A stretch of DNA of 64,000 nucleotides from Blastocatellia bacterium (GTDB taxonomy: Bacteria; Acidobacteriota; Blastocatellia; RBC074). Every line of letters starts with the position of its first letter. Within the stretch, counting starts at the first letter, position 1. Below are positions 39,959-48,274 of this stretch, one piece after another. A program made the translations under genes and the position numbers. The stretch lies in the NCBI GenBank assembly GCA_046331525.1, contig JAXLQQ010000026.1:330-64329 (forward strand). The letters run 5' to 3'. Below the pieces are notes generated by a model. That model saw only the letters and a program-made list of their open reading frames with translations, was not told where the DNA came from and searched no databases.

Positions 39959-41671
39959 ATGAACTTGACTTTCAAACCAACAGGCGTCCTCACTGAAACC
40001 CCGTTTGTTGAATTAGCCGGCGCTATTAATCAGGAGCGATTGACAGGCAGCTTATTTCTCACCGATAACCGTGTGGAACGTCCTGCTGAGCGCGTCGTTT
40101 ATTTTGTGCATGGCGAAGTATATGCCGCCGCCAGTAATTTGGCACCAGATTCTGCCCTTGCTATTTTGTTGCGTGCTGGGCGGGTGACACCAGAACTTTC
40201 GCTGCGGATTCAGCAGGAAGTACTGGCGGGACGAGCCTTCAGTGAAGCGTTAGTTTCCTATGGTTGTATTTCACGCGAAGAGTTGAATCAATTGCGCGTT
40301 GCCCACGTCAAATCCATTTTTCAATCTCTTTGTGAGTGGGCCACTGGCGAGTTTCGTTTTACGGAAGGAAGTCAGGTGGCGGGAGGTCGACTTGGGATCA
40401 GCGCCAAAGCATTGTTGATTACCAGTTCCACCGCGTGCTATGTGCCACGACATTTCCGCGAATGGGTGACAGACCCTTGTACCTGGATTGCTGCGAATCA
40501 AATCTCGACGCCCGATGTACGGTTACAACCATTTGCCTATTTCCTGGTCAGTTGCCTGGATCAGCCACGCAATCTGGGCGTGTTAATCGCAAGCGGGAGA
40601 ATGCAGGAAACCGAGCAGGAAATTTTGCAGCAGCTCTATGGACTATTTTGCGCAGGGCTGGTTTCCTTTACCAAAACCGCAAGTCCTGCGAATCAACCGG
40701 TTGTGCCTGAGGAGGCAGAGCCTGTCATAAAAGTGGCAGTCCCAAGTCCGGTCGCGCCTGTTGCGTGCACTGCGCTGATGCGTCCTTTGCAGGAAGACCC
40801 GGAAGCTGCAAAACGCCGCCGCTTGAATGAAATCAAGCGCGATATTAAAAAAATTCGCCAGGTGTTGGCTTATGCCAAAGATGATTATGCCGTCTTGGGA
40901 TTAAGTGTCGGCGCAAGTCCGACAGAGGTTCGGCATGCGTACCGTATGCTTCTTAGTCACTATCACCCGGATCGGCATCACCCTTATTCCGACACAATCA
41001 CCCTTGCCACCTTAAGCGATATTTTGATGGCAATTCGTGCGGCATATGAAACCGCCATTGAACACGCGCTGCTGGCCGAAATCATCAGTTCCAATGCACG
41101 CCGTTACCAAGCTGTTCGCAATGCCCAAGTGGAAGCACCAGCGGTTGTCGATCCCTCTCCCACCGGGCAACTTCAGCACGAAAAATTAACTGCCGAGGCC
41201 ATTCAGAGCCGCAATCTTTCTCTCGCGGAAGTTAAACATCGGCAGGCACTCGCGCATCAGTCGCAGGGCGAGTTTGAGGCGGCAATTGGTTTGTTGAGCG
41301 ATGCGGTAACGCTCGCGCCAGATTGCGCACGCTATCACGGCGAACTGGCCGCGTTGCTGGAAAAAATGCCCGCGCGCCGCGAACAGGCCGAGCAGCATTT
41401 TTTGCGCGCGACCGAACTGGAACCCAGCAATTTGTTTTATCACCTGCAACTGGGTAGCTTCTACCGCGCGATTGGGTTACTCTCGCGCGCCGAACAGCAA
41501 TTTATTTTGGCGCTCAAACTCGACCCCGTAGACCGCGCCGCTGCCTCTGCACTCGAAGAAGTGTTAAGCTTGAAAAAGGCACAGGCTGCCAATGTCCATT
41601 ACAGCCGCAAGCGCGCGGCCAAAGGGCAAGGGTTCTGGTCGCGATTCTTCAATCGCAACGGACACGGCTAG
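39959..41671 (+). CDS. DUF4388 / J-domain / TPR multidomain protein
   Basis: The N-terminus is DUF4388-like (LTGSLFLTD...VVYFVHGEVYAAASN; WATGEFRFTEG). The J-domain reads DDYAVLGLSVGASPTEVRHAYRMLLSHYHPDR. The C-terminus has TPR repeats. The ATG at 39959 is preferred. Confidence 0.75.
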   Translation: MNLTFKPTGVLTETPFVELAGAINQERLTGSLFLTDNRVERPAERVVYFVHGEVYAAASNLAPDSALAILLRAGRVTPELSLRIQQEVLAGRAFSEALVSYGCISREELNQLRVAHVKSIFQSLCEWATGEFRFTEGSQVAGGRLGISAKALLITSSTACYVPRHFREWVTDPCTWIAANQISTPDVRLQPFAYFLVSCLDQPRNLGVLIASGRMQETEQEILQQLYGLFCAGLVSFTKTASPANQPVVPEEAEPVIKVAVPSPVAPVACTALMRPLQEDPEAAKRRRLNEIKRDIKKIRQVLAYAKDDYAVLGLSVGASPTEVRHAYRMLLSHYHPDRHHPYSDTITLATLSDILMAIRAAYETAIEHALLAEIISSNARRYQAVRNAQVEAPAVVDPSPTGQLQHEKLTAEAIQSRNLSLAEVKHRQALAHQSQGEFEAAIGLLSDAVTLAPDCARYHGELAALLEKMPARREQAEQHFLRATELEPSNLFYHLQLGSFYRAIGLLSRAEQQFILALKLDPVDRAAASALEEVLSLKKAQAANVHYSRKRAAKGQGFWSRFFNRNGHG

Positions 41672-41675
41672 CCGA

Positions 41676-41707
41676 CCGGAATTTATTGAGGCCGGAATTT
41701 ATTGAGG
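41676..41707 (+). repeat. Perfect tandem duplication of a 16-nt unit (CCGGAATTTATTGAGG x2) just upstream of the HD-GYP start
   Basis: Copies at 41676-41691 and 41692-41707, read directly. Each ends in a GAGG Shine-Dalgarno-like tetramer. Confidence 0.9.
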
Positions 41708-41720
41708 AGAGATAAGCTTC

Positions 41721-42335
41721 ATGCAAAGTCAGCGCATTATCACCGCTGAAGTCAATGCCGAACAGATTGCCCGCCAAGTGGTCGAGGCGCAATTAGCCGA
41801 ACTGGCTGCCGAAATAGATCAAGTCGAAAATTATACCTCTCCGCACGGCAGCTTTATTGCCCGCATGGCAGAGGCGCTCGGACGACATTTTGGCTTGCGC
41901 GACAGTGATCTCAGTTCGCTCAAACAGGCCGCGTTTGCGCATGATTTAGGCGAACGCATTATGAAACGTGAGTACTTTGCGCGGCGCGGCGAATTGACCT
42001 GGGACGAACGCTTTGATTTGTGGCGACATCCGATCTTGGGCGAACAGGCCGCCGCGCAACGCGAACTTTCGCGCCAGGCGCAATTGCTGATTCGCTGGCA
42101 TCACGAATGGTGGAACGGACGCGGTTATCCTGACAACTTAGCGGGCGAAGCGATTCCGCTCGGTGCGCGTATTTTGCGTGTCGTGGACACGTATAGCGCG
42201 CTGATTTCTGATCGCCCATACCGCGAACGTTTTGACGAGATTGCTGCGCAACAAATTATTGCGGACAATGCCGGAATTGAGTTTGATCCGCGTGTTGTCA
42301 AAGCTTTTCTTGACATGCTGAACACCCAACGATAA
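41721..42335 (+). CDS. HD-GYP domain phosphohydrolase (stand-alone)
   Basis: AAFAHDLGE (HD) and HHEWWNGRGYPDNLAGEAIPLGARILRVVDTYSALISDRPYR (the HHExxxGxGYP signature). Confidence 0.85.
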   Translation: MQSQRIITAEVNAEQIARQVVEAQLAELAAEIDQVENYTSPHGSFIARMAEALGRHFGLRDSDLSSLKQAAFAHDLGERIMKREYFARRGELTWDERFDLWRHPILGEQAAAQRELSRQAQLLIRWHHEWWNGRGYPDNLAGEAIPLGARILRVVDTYSALISDRPYRERFDEIAAQQIIADNAGIEFDPRVVKAFLDMLNTQR

Positions 42336-42347
42336 ACCCAACCTGCT

Positions 42348-43258
42348 ATGAAAAATCGCCGTTGGCTTGGCTACGAGCTAAGCGTCCTGCGCCGCATTAA
42401 ATTCAATTCTGTTGCCATTCCGTTTTCTGGCCAGCCCGATCTTGACTGGTATCTTAAATTCTGGGGCAAACAGGTTTTCAGCAACGACCTGTGCCAATGG
42501 TCGTGGTGGACGGCCCGCGCGCTCGTCGAAAATCAAACCGAAACCTTGCGCGAAGACGATGTTACGCAAGTGCTGCACAACGCCTACGTACCGCGCCGTC
42601 GGCTGAGCAATCCGCGCTGGGACAAGCAATGGGCGAGATGGATGCGTGGTGGTTCGACAACGTGTGGTTGAACATTCAGCAAATCGAAAACCCACATCAA
42701 CGCGCGCTCGCCTATTATCACGCGCTCGGCGTCGGCGATTACGTGCATTCGTTCAATGGCGAAACGAACACCTTGCGCCGCCCACTGAGTGAGGTGTTTG
42801 AAGCCCTCTGGCAACAGCAGCGCAAAGTCCAGAATAACGAAAAAGACAATCGCAGCACGAATCTGGAGGCGACCGAATTTATCAACGGCGCGCGTGCCGA
42901 CCTGATGTTCGCGCATTTCCCCCGCCCCGAAGGCTTGGCTGGACAGCGCAATTCCGCCCTCGGCTGGCGTGAAGTCTGGGTGCGCGGTGGGGCGAATGGT
43001 TTTGATGATTTGCTGAAACAGGTCAATGGCTTTGGCGATCAGGTCGTTTCGAAAGGCCGCTATCTGGATTTGATCGGCAAGTTCCTCGAAAATGCCAAAC
43101 ACATTCCCAAATGGGCCATCGCGCACCCCGAAGACGGCTTCATTACCGCCGCCGAACTGGGCGAATTGGTGAAGACTTTCCGCCCCGTCGAAGTCACCTA
43201 CGCCAAAGACTTTTCCGAAGTAAGCAGCGGCCTGAACACCTACATCATCGTGGCGTGA
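42348..43258 (+). pseudogene. Dam-like (D12-class methyltransferase fold) protein with degenerate catalytic motifs; one frame change near 42612
   Basis: Track ORFs 42348..42671 and 42491..43258 join into one protein colinear with Dam: RRWLGYE vs [14 protein letters not shown] vs EPFxGxG, SNDL vs ADIN, LMFAHFPRP vs vvYxDPPY, with Dam-like spacing. The frame goes 0 to 2 at a CC run. Confidence 0.55.
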
Positions 43259-43271
43259 ATTACGACGAATT

Positions 43272-43353
43272 CAGTACGGGGAGCGTGAGCGACCTGAGCC
43301 TTACTGAGGAGATACGCTCCTCGAAGCTCAGGTCGCTCACGCTCCCCGTACTG
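43272..43353. repeat. Intergenic palindromic element, family C
   Basis: CAGTACGGGGAGCGTGAGCGACCTGAGC (43272-43299) faces its perfect reverse complement (43326-43353). It is near-identical to the arms at 20526-20651. Confidence 0.85.
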
Positions 43354-43364
43354 CATATCTGCAA

Positions 43365-44213
43365 ATGGATTTACGAGCAGACAATCAGCGCCTGCGCGAA
43401 GAACGCGATTTGTTGCGGCGGCGACTGGCCGAGTTGGAGGAAGAGTTTTCCCGCAGCAATCAGGAAGTCTTCGAGATGAACGAAGCCTTAGTGCAAGCCA
43501 ATGCGCGCCTCGCCGAATTGGATCGCATGAAAGACACGTTTCTTTCGATGATCACCCACGAACTGCGCACGCCAATGACAGCAATGATGGGACTGGCGGA
43601 AAATCTGGAAGCCGGTGTTTACGGCCCGCTCAACGAAGCCCAAACCGAAAACCTCAAAAAAATCATCGAACGCGGCGCGCGCTTGCGGCAGTTGGTCAAC
43701 GACCTGCTTGACCTCTCCAAAATGGAATCTGGCATGATGCGACTGCAACGCGAGCCGCTCGATCCGCGTTCGCTGGTCGAAGCCGTGATTTATCAACTGG
43801 AATCGCTGGCCGAAGCTGGTGCAGTCAAACTCATCAATCGCGTCGGCTACGATTTGCCCGAAGTGGATTGCGATGGCCAGCGCGTCGAACAAGTCCTCAC
43901 AAACCTCCTCAGCAACGCGCTGAAATTCACGCCGCCCAACGGCACGGTCACGATCACGGCAACGCAGCAGGAAGCCTTTGTTATCTTCACCGTTGCCGAC
44001 ACCGGCTGTGGCATTCCGAGCGAAGCGCAGGCGCACATCTTCGACAAATTCATTCAACTCCATCCTAACCGCGATGACCGCACGAAAGGCACCGGGCTTG
44101 GGTTGACAATCGTGCGGCATTTGGTCGAATTGCACGGCGGCACGGTTGGGGTCGAAAGCGTCATTGAACAGGGCAGCCGCTTTTCCTTCAGCTTGCCAAT
44201 TTCTGCGCAATAA
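43365..44213 (+). CDS. Soluble histidine kinase (coiled coil + HisKA + HATPase_c)
   Basis: H-box FLSMITHELRTPMTAMMG, N-box LTNLLSNALKFTP, G-boxes DTGCGIP and GTGLGLTIV. There is no transmembrane or sensor domain. Confidence 0.88.
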   Translation: MDLRADNQRLREERDLLRRRLAELEEEFSRSNQEVFEMNEALVQANARLAELDRMKDTFLSMITHELRTPMTAMMGLAENLEAGVYGPLNEAQTENLKKIIERGARLRQLVNDLLDLSKMESGMMRLQREPLDPRSLVEAVIYQLESLAEAGAVKLINRVGYDLPEVDCDGQRVEQVLTNLLSNALKFTPPNGTVTITATQQEAFVIFTVADTGCGIPSEAQAHIFDKFIQLHPNRDDRTKGTGLGLTIVRHLVELHGGTVGVESVIEQGSRFSFSLPISAQ

Positions 44214-44305
44214 ACCTCCCGCGGAGGGCTTCATTTGCAAACTCTTTTCCCCGCGATTATCATCCCGGTTTCGTTTCTGACCGTTCTTTTAAGCAAAGGG
44301 GAATC

Positions 44306-45706
44306 ATGGCAGACAGTTTTGATGTCACAATCATTGGCGCGGGGCCGGGCGGTTATACGGCAGCTATCCGCGCGGCACAAGTGGGATTGAAAACCGCGAT
44401 CATCGAACGCGATTCACGCCTCGGCGGCACCTGCGGCCTGCGCGGTTGCATTCCAACCAAAGAGTATTTGCACTCCGCCCATCTGGCCGACACGATGACG
44501 CACGCGGCGGAATTCGGCATTGATGTGGCCGATTTCAAAATCAATTTCGAGAACGTCTATCAACGCAAAAACAAAATCGTAGATCAGCTCGCCAAAGGCG
44601 TCGCTTTCCTGATGAAGAAAAACAAAATCACCGTCTTCACTGGACAGGGCAAACTTGAAGGCAACGGCAAAGTGTCCGTCACCGATGCGAGCGGCAAAAC
44701 GCAAACGATTGATACGAAGAACGTCATCATTGCAACCGGCTCAGCTCCACGCTTGCTACCGGGTTTGGAAGTGAACGCGCCGCGTGTTGTGACCAGCGAT
44801 GAATTGCTCGAACTGCGCCAGGTGCCGAAATCAATGGTTGTGCTCGGTGCGGGAGCAGTCGGCGTCGAATTTGCTTCAGTGTTTGCCCATTTCGGCAGCG
44901 AAGTTACGGTCATTGAACTGCTGCCGCGCATCGTGCCGATTGAGGACGAAGAGGTTTCCAAAGAACTCACGCGCGTCTACAAAAAACGCAAAATCAACGT
45001 GCTGACCGACACGCGCTTTCAGTCGGCGAAGGTCAATGCCGATGATGTCGAAATCACCTACACTGACAGCAAAGGCAAAGAGGGCAAGATTACGTGTGAA
45101 ACCTTGCTCGTCGCCACAGGTCGTCGCGCGGTGACGGATGGCTTAGGCGTCGAAAACACGAAGATCGAAATGGATCGCGGCTACATCAAAGTGGACGAAC
45201 TGATGCGTACGGCTGAGCCGAATGTGTACGCGATTGGTGATGTCATCCCTACGCCCTGGCTCGCACACGTCGCGGCGAAAGAAGGGTGTGTGGCGGCTGA
45301 ACACATCGCAGGCAAGAATCCGCGTCCAGTCAATTACAACCTCGTGCCGAACTGCACCTATTGTCATCCCGAAATCGGCAGCGTTGGGTTGACAGAGGCG
45401 AAAGCCAAGGAAAAAGGCTACGAAGTGAAGGTCGGCAAATTCCCGTTCACGGCACTCGGCAAAGCAAAGATCATCGGCGAAACGGATGGCTTTGTGAAAG
45501 TGGTCACGGACGCGAAATACGATGAGGTACTGGGCGTCCATATCATCGGCCCGCACGCCACCGATCTGCTCGCGGAGGCTTGTGTAGCAATGGGACTGGA
45601 AGCTACCGCCGAAGAAATGGGCCATATTATGCACGCGCATCCGACGCTCTCAGAATCGCTGATGGAAGCCGCCGAAGACGTGCATAAGATGGCGATCAAT
45701 ATATAA
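44306..45706 (+). CDS. lpdA: Dihydrolipoyl dehydrogenase (E3)
   Basis: IIGAGPGGYTAAIRAAQ (FAD-binding), the redox-active GGTCGLRGCIPTK, the NAD site VVLGAGAVGVEF, and the C-terminal HAHPTLSE. Confidence 0.93.
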   Translation: MADSFDVTIIGAGPGGYTAAIRAAQVGLKTAIIERDSRLGGTCGLRGCIPTKEYLHSAHLADTMTHAAEFGIDVADFKINFENVYQRKNKIVDQLAKGVAFLMKKNKITVFTGQGKLEGNGKVSVTDASGKTQTIDTKNVIIATGSAPRLLPGLEVNAPRVVTSDELLELRQVPKSMVVLGAGAVGVEFASVFAHFGSEVTVIELLPRIVPIEDEEVSKELTRVYKKRKINVLTDTRFQSAKVNADDVEITYTDSKGKEGKITCETLLVATGRRAVTDGLGVENTKIEMDRGYIKVDELMRTAEPNVYAIGDVIPTPWLAHVAAKEGCVAAEHIAGKNPRPVNYNLVPNCTYCHPEIGSVGLTEAKAKEKGYEVKVGKFPFTALGKAKIIGETDGFVKVVTDAKYDEVLGVHIIGPHATDLLAEACVAMGLEATAEEMGHIMHAHPTLSESLMEAAEDVHKMAINI

Positions 45707-45774
45707 CCACTGGGGGCACCCGCATCTTGCGGGCACTTTGCCCCCAAGGACGTTTTGAAGATCAGGAGAGAGAA

Positions 45775-47490
45775 ATGCCTACAGATGTAGTGATGCCGCA
45801 ACTTGGCGAATCTATTGCCGAGGGAACGATTGTTCGTTGGTTAAAAAAAGTGGGAGACAAAGTGCAACGCGATGAGCCGTTGCTGGAAGTTTCGACCGAT
45901 AAAGTTGACACGGAAATCCCTGCTGCTGCGGGCGGAACCCTGCTGGCGATTCTCGCACAGGAAGGCGATACCGTTGGCGTGAACACGGTCATTGCGCAAC
46001 TCGGCGAAGAAGGCGAAAAACCCGAATTGGCCGAAGCCTCACCCGCGATTAGCGCACCCCCGCCGGGCGAATCGGCTGTCGCGCCGCCGCCTGTGCCGGT
46101 TGCGCCGCCGCCCGCGCCGTCCGCTCCTGCTGCCGCGCCTGCGGCTGGTGGTGCGGCAACGAGTGTCGTGATGCCACAGCTTGGCGAATCCATTGCCGAA
46201 GGCACGGTCGTGCGTTGGTTGAAGAAAATCGGTGACACGGTGCAACGCGATGAGCCATTGCTGGAAGTTTCGACCGATAAAGTTGACACGGAAATTCCTT
46301 CGCCCGTCGCAGGCACGCTACTTTCCATTCTCGCGCAAGAAGGCGAAACCGTTGGGGTGAATACGGCAATTGCGACGATTGGCGAAGCCGGAGCTGCTGC
46401 GCCTGCACCGCCACCAGCTGCGCCTGTTACACCAGCCGCGCCCGCTGCTGCACCGCCGCCTGTTGCGCCACCAGCGCCGCCTGTCGTTGCCGCTGCTGCG
46501 GTCGGAGGTTCAATTGAAGATTTGCGCCGCGTGAAATCTTCGCCCGTCGTGCGCAAGATTGCAGCAGAAAACGGTGTCAATATCGCGCACATTGCCGGTT
46601 CCGGCATTTTGGGGCGCGTGACGAAAAAGATATTCTGAACTTCATTGCCAATCCGCCCGCGTCCTGCTGCTGCACCTGTTGTAGCCCCGCCGTCTCCGGT
46701 GGTCGCGCCGTTTCCGGTTGCGCCGCCTGCCGCGCCTGCTGCTGCGCCGCCAAAACCCGCCGCGCCTGTTTTTGCCGCTGGCGAGCGCGTAAAGATTGAG
46801 CCGATGACGAAGATGCGCAAGTCCATTGCCGAACACATGGTCTTGAGCAAGCGCACATCGCCGCACGTCACAACATTCTTTGAAGTGGATTTCACGAACA
46901 TCGCCCGGCTGCGTGACAAGGTGAAAAAAGACTTCGAGGCGAAGAACGGCGCAAAGCTCACGTTTATGCCGTTCATTATCAAAGCCGCAATTGATGCGCT
47001 CAAAGCCTTGCCCATTGTCAATGCTTCGCTAGATGGCGACAACATCGTCTACAAGCAGGACATCAACATCGGCATGGCCGTCGCCTTGGATTGGGGCTTG
47101 ATCGTGCCGGTGATCAAACAAGCCGATTCAATGAATCTGATTGGTCTGGCGCGCGCCACGCAAGACCTCGCTTCACGCGCTCGTGGCAAACAACTGAAGC
47201 CGGATGAAGTCGCGGGCGGCACCTTCTCAATCACGAACTTTGGTTTGTTTGGTGGCCTGACTGCGACGCCTGTCATTAATCAACCGCAAGTTGCGATTCT
47301 TGGCGTCGGCGGCATTCATAAACGGGCGTGGGTGATGGAAACCGAACACGGCGACGTGATTGCGATTCGTCACATTGGTGTGCTGAGTTTGTCGTTCGAT
47401 CACCGCATTATTGATGGTGCGGTCGGCGATGAGTTCCTCGCAACCATGCGGCGGATCCTTGAAACGACCGATTTTTCGGGCTTGTTATAA
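45775..47490 (+). pseudogene. 2-oxoacid dehydrogenase E2 acyltransferase (two lipoyl domains, PSBD, catalytic domain) broken by a short out-of-frame segment with a stop
   Basis: Two lipoyl domains (EVSTDKVDTEIP twice), a PSBD (SSPVVRKIAAENGVNIAHIAGSGILGRVTKK...) and the catalytic DHRIIDGA. Read in the main frame there is a TGA at 46636-46638. The sequence between about 46624 and 46661 reads DILNFIANPPAS in the adjacent (shifted) frame. Confidence 0.85.
45787..46388 (+). repeat. Internal tandem duplication: two lipoyl-domain coding copies (about 225 nt each, high nucleotide identity by eye)
   Basis: 45787-46010 and 46165-46388 align by eye over long identical runs (e.g. GATGAGCC.TTGCTGGAAGTTTCGACCGATAAAGTTGACACGGAAAT). 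Confidence 0.8.
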
Positions 47491-47505
47491 ACATCTCGAC
47501 AGTGA

Positions 47506-47552
47506 GCGGGTGATGCGTGATGAGGAGTGGCGCGTCACCCGTTTTGCTTTTT
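47506..47552 (+). terminator. Rho-independent-type terminator after E2
   Basis: GCGGGTGATGCG (47506-47517) pairs imperfectly with CGCGTCACCCGT (47531-47542), followed by TTTTGCTTTTT. Confidence 0.6.
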
Positions 47553-48209
47553 ATGTCTGTTTGCGAATCTCGCTATCTTGGCCGCACGCCTTACGCTGAC
47601 GCCCTAGTTTTGCAGCAATCTCTGCACGACGCGCGCAAACGAGATGAAGTTTCGGACACGCTGCTTTTGCTAGAACATCCGCACGTCATTACGCTCGGAC
47701 GCGGCGCGAATCGAGCGAATATTCTAGCTGATGAACAAACGCGCGCCGAAAAATCAGTCGAATTATTTGAGACAGGACGAGGCGGCGATGTGACGTATCA
47801 CGGCCCCGGTCAACTCGTCGGCTACCCGATTCTTAACCTCGCGCCAGATCGGCAGGATGTGCGCCGATACGTGCGCGATTTGCAGGAGGTGTTGGTGCGG
47901 TCGGCGCGTGATTTTGGTGTTGAAGCCGAACCGCGCGGTGGCGAATATGTTGGTGTCTGGGTCGGTGATGAAAAGCTCGCGGCTATTGGCATTCGCATTT
48001 CGCGTTGGGTCACGATGCATGGGTTTGCCTTCAATATCACGACAAATTTAGACTATTTCAACCTCATCATTCCTTGCGGCATCGCCGATCACGGTGTAAC
48101 CTCACTCGAAAAAATTCTTGGAAAAAAGATCGCACTCGAAGCGGTTGCCGAATCCGTCACGCAGCATTTCGGCGATGTATTTCAACGAGACATTGTCCGT
48201 CGTCAGTAG
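47553..48209 (+). CDS. lipB: Lipoyl(octanoyl) transferase
   Basis: LLLLEHPHVITLGRG, GGDVTYHGPGQLVGYPIL and KLAAIGIRISRWVTMHGFAFN are LipB motifs. The ATG at 47553 lies after the terminator; the track start at 47517 is less likely. Confidence 0.88.
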   Translation: MSVCESRYLGRTPYADALVLQQSLHDARKRDEVSDTLLLLEHPHVITLGRGANRANILADEQTRAEKSVELFETGRGGDVTYHGPGQLVGYPILNLAPDRQDVRRYVRDLQEVLVRSARDFGVEAEPRGGEYVGVWVGDEKLAAIGIRISRWVTMHGFAFNITTNLDYFNLIIPCGIADHGVTSLEKILGKKIALEAVAESVTQHFGDVFQRDIVRRQ

Positions 48210-48273
48210 CCCGTTGTCAGTTGTCAATGCAGGGGGGCCCACCACGGACAATTAACAACGGACAACGGACAAT
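48192..48273. repeat. Imperfect nested intergenic palindrome, family D (…CCGTTGTCAGTTGTC… / …GACAA..ACGGACAAT)
   Basis: ATTGTCCGT (48192-48200) pairs with ACGGACAAT (48265-48273). CCGTTGTCAGTTGTC (48211-48225) pairs imperfectly with GACAATTAACAACGG (48246-48260). Confidence 0.6.
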
Positions 48274-48274
48274 C

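Noticed and set aside
46621-46632. A programmed -1 ribosomal frameshift on the A-rich stretch ACGAAAAAGAT in E2
   Set aside because: The run is only five A's and is not a canonical X_XXY_YYZ heptamer. A second shift of opposite sign 35 nt later would also be required. A homopolymer indel pair is the simpler explanation.
45762-47045. A 427-codon ORF on the minus strand, antisense to the E2 gene
   Set aside because: It is a shadow ORF. Its translation is low-complexity Ala/Gly/Pro/Thr, mirroring the Ala/Pro linkers of E2, with no recognisable domain. The plus strand encodes clear lipoyl, PSBD and catalytic domains.
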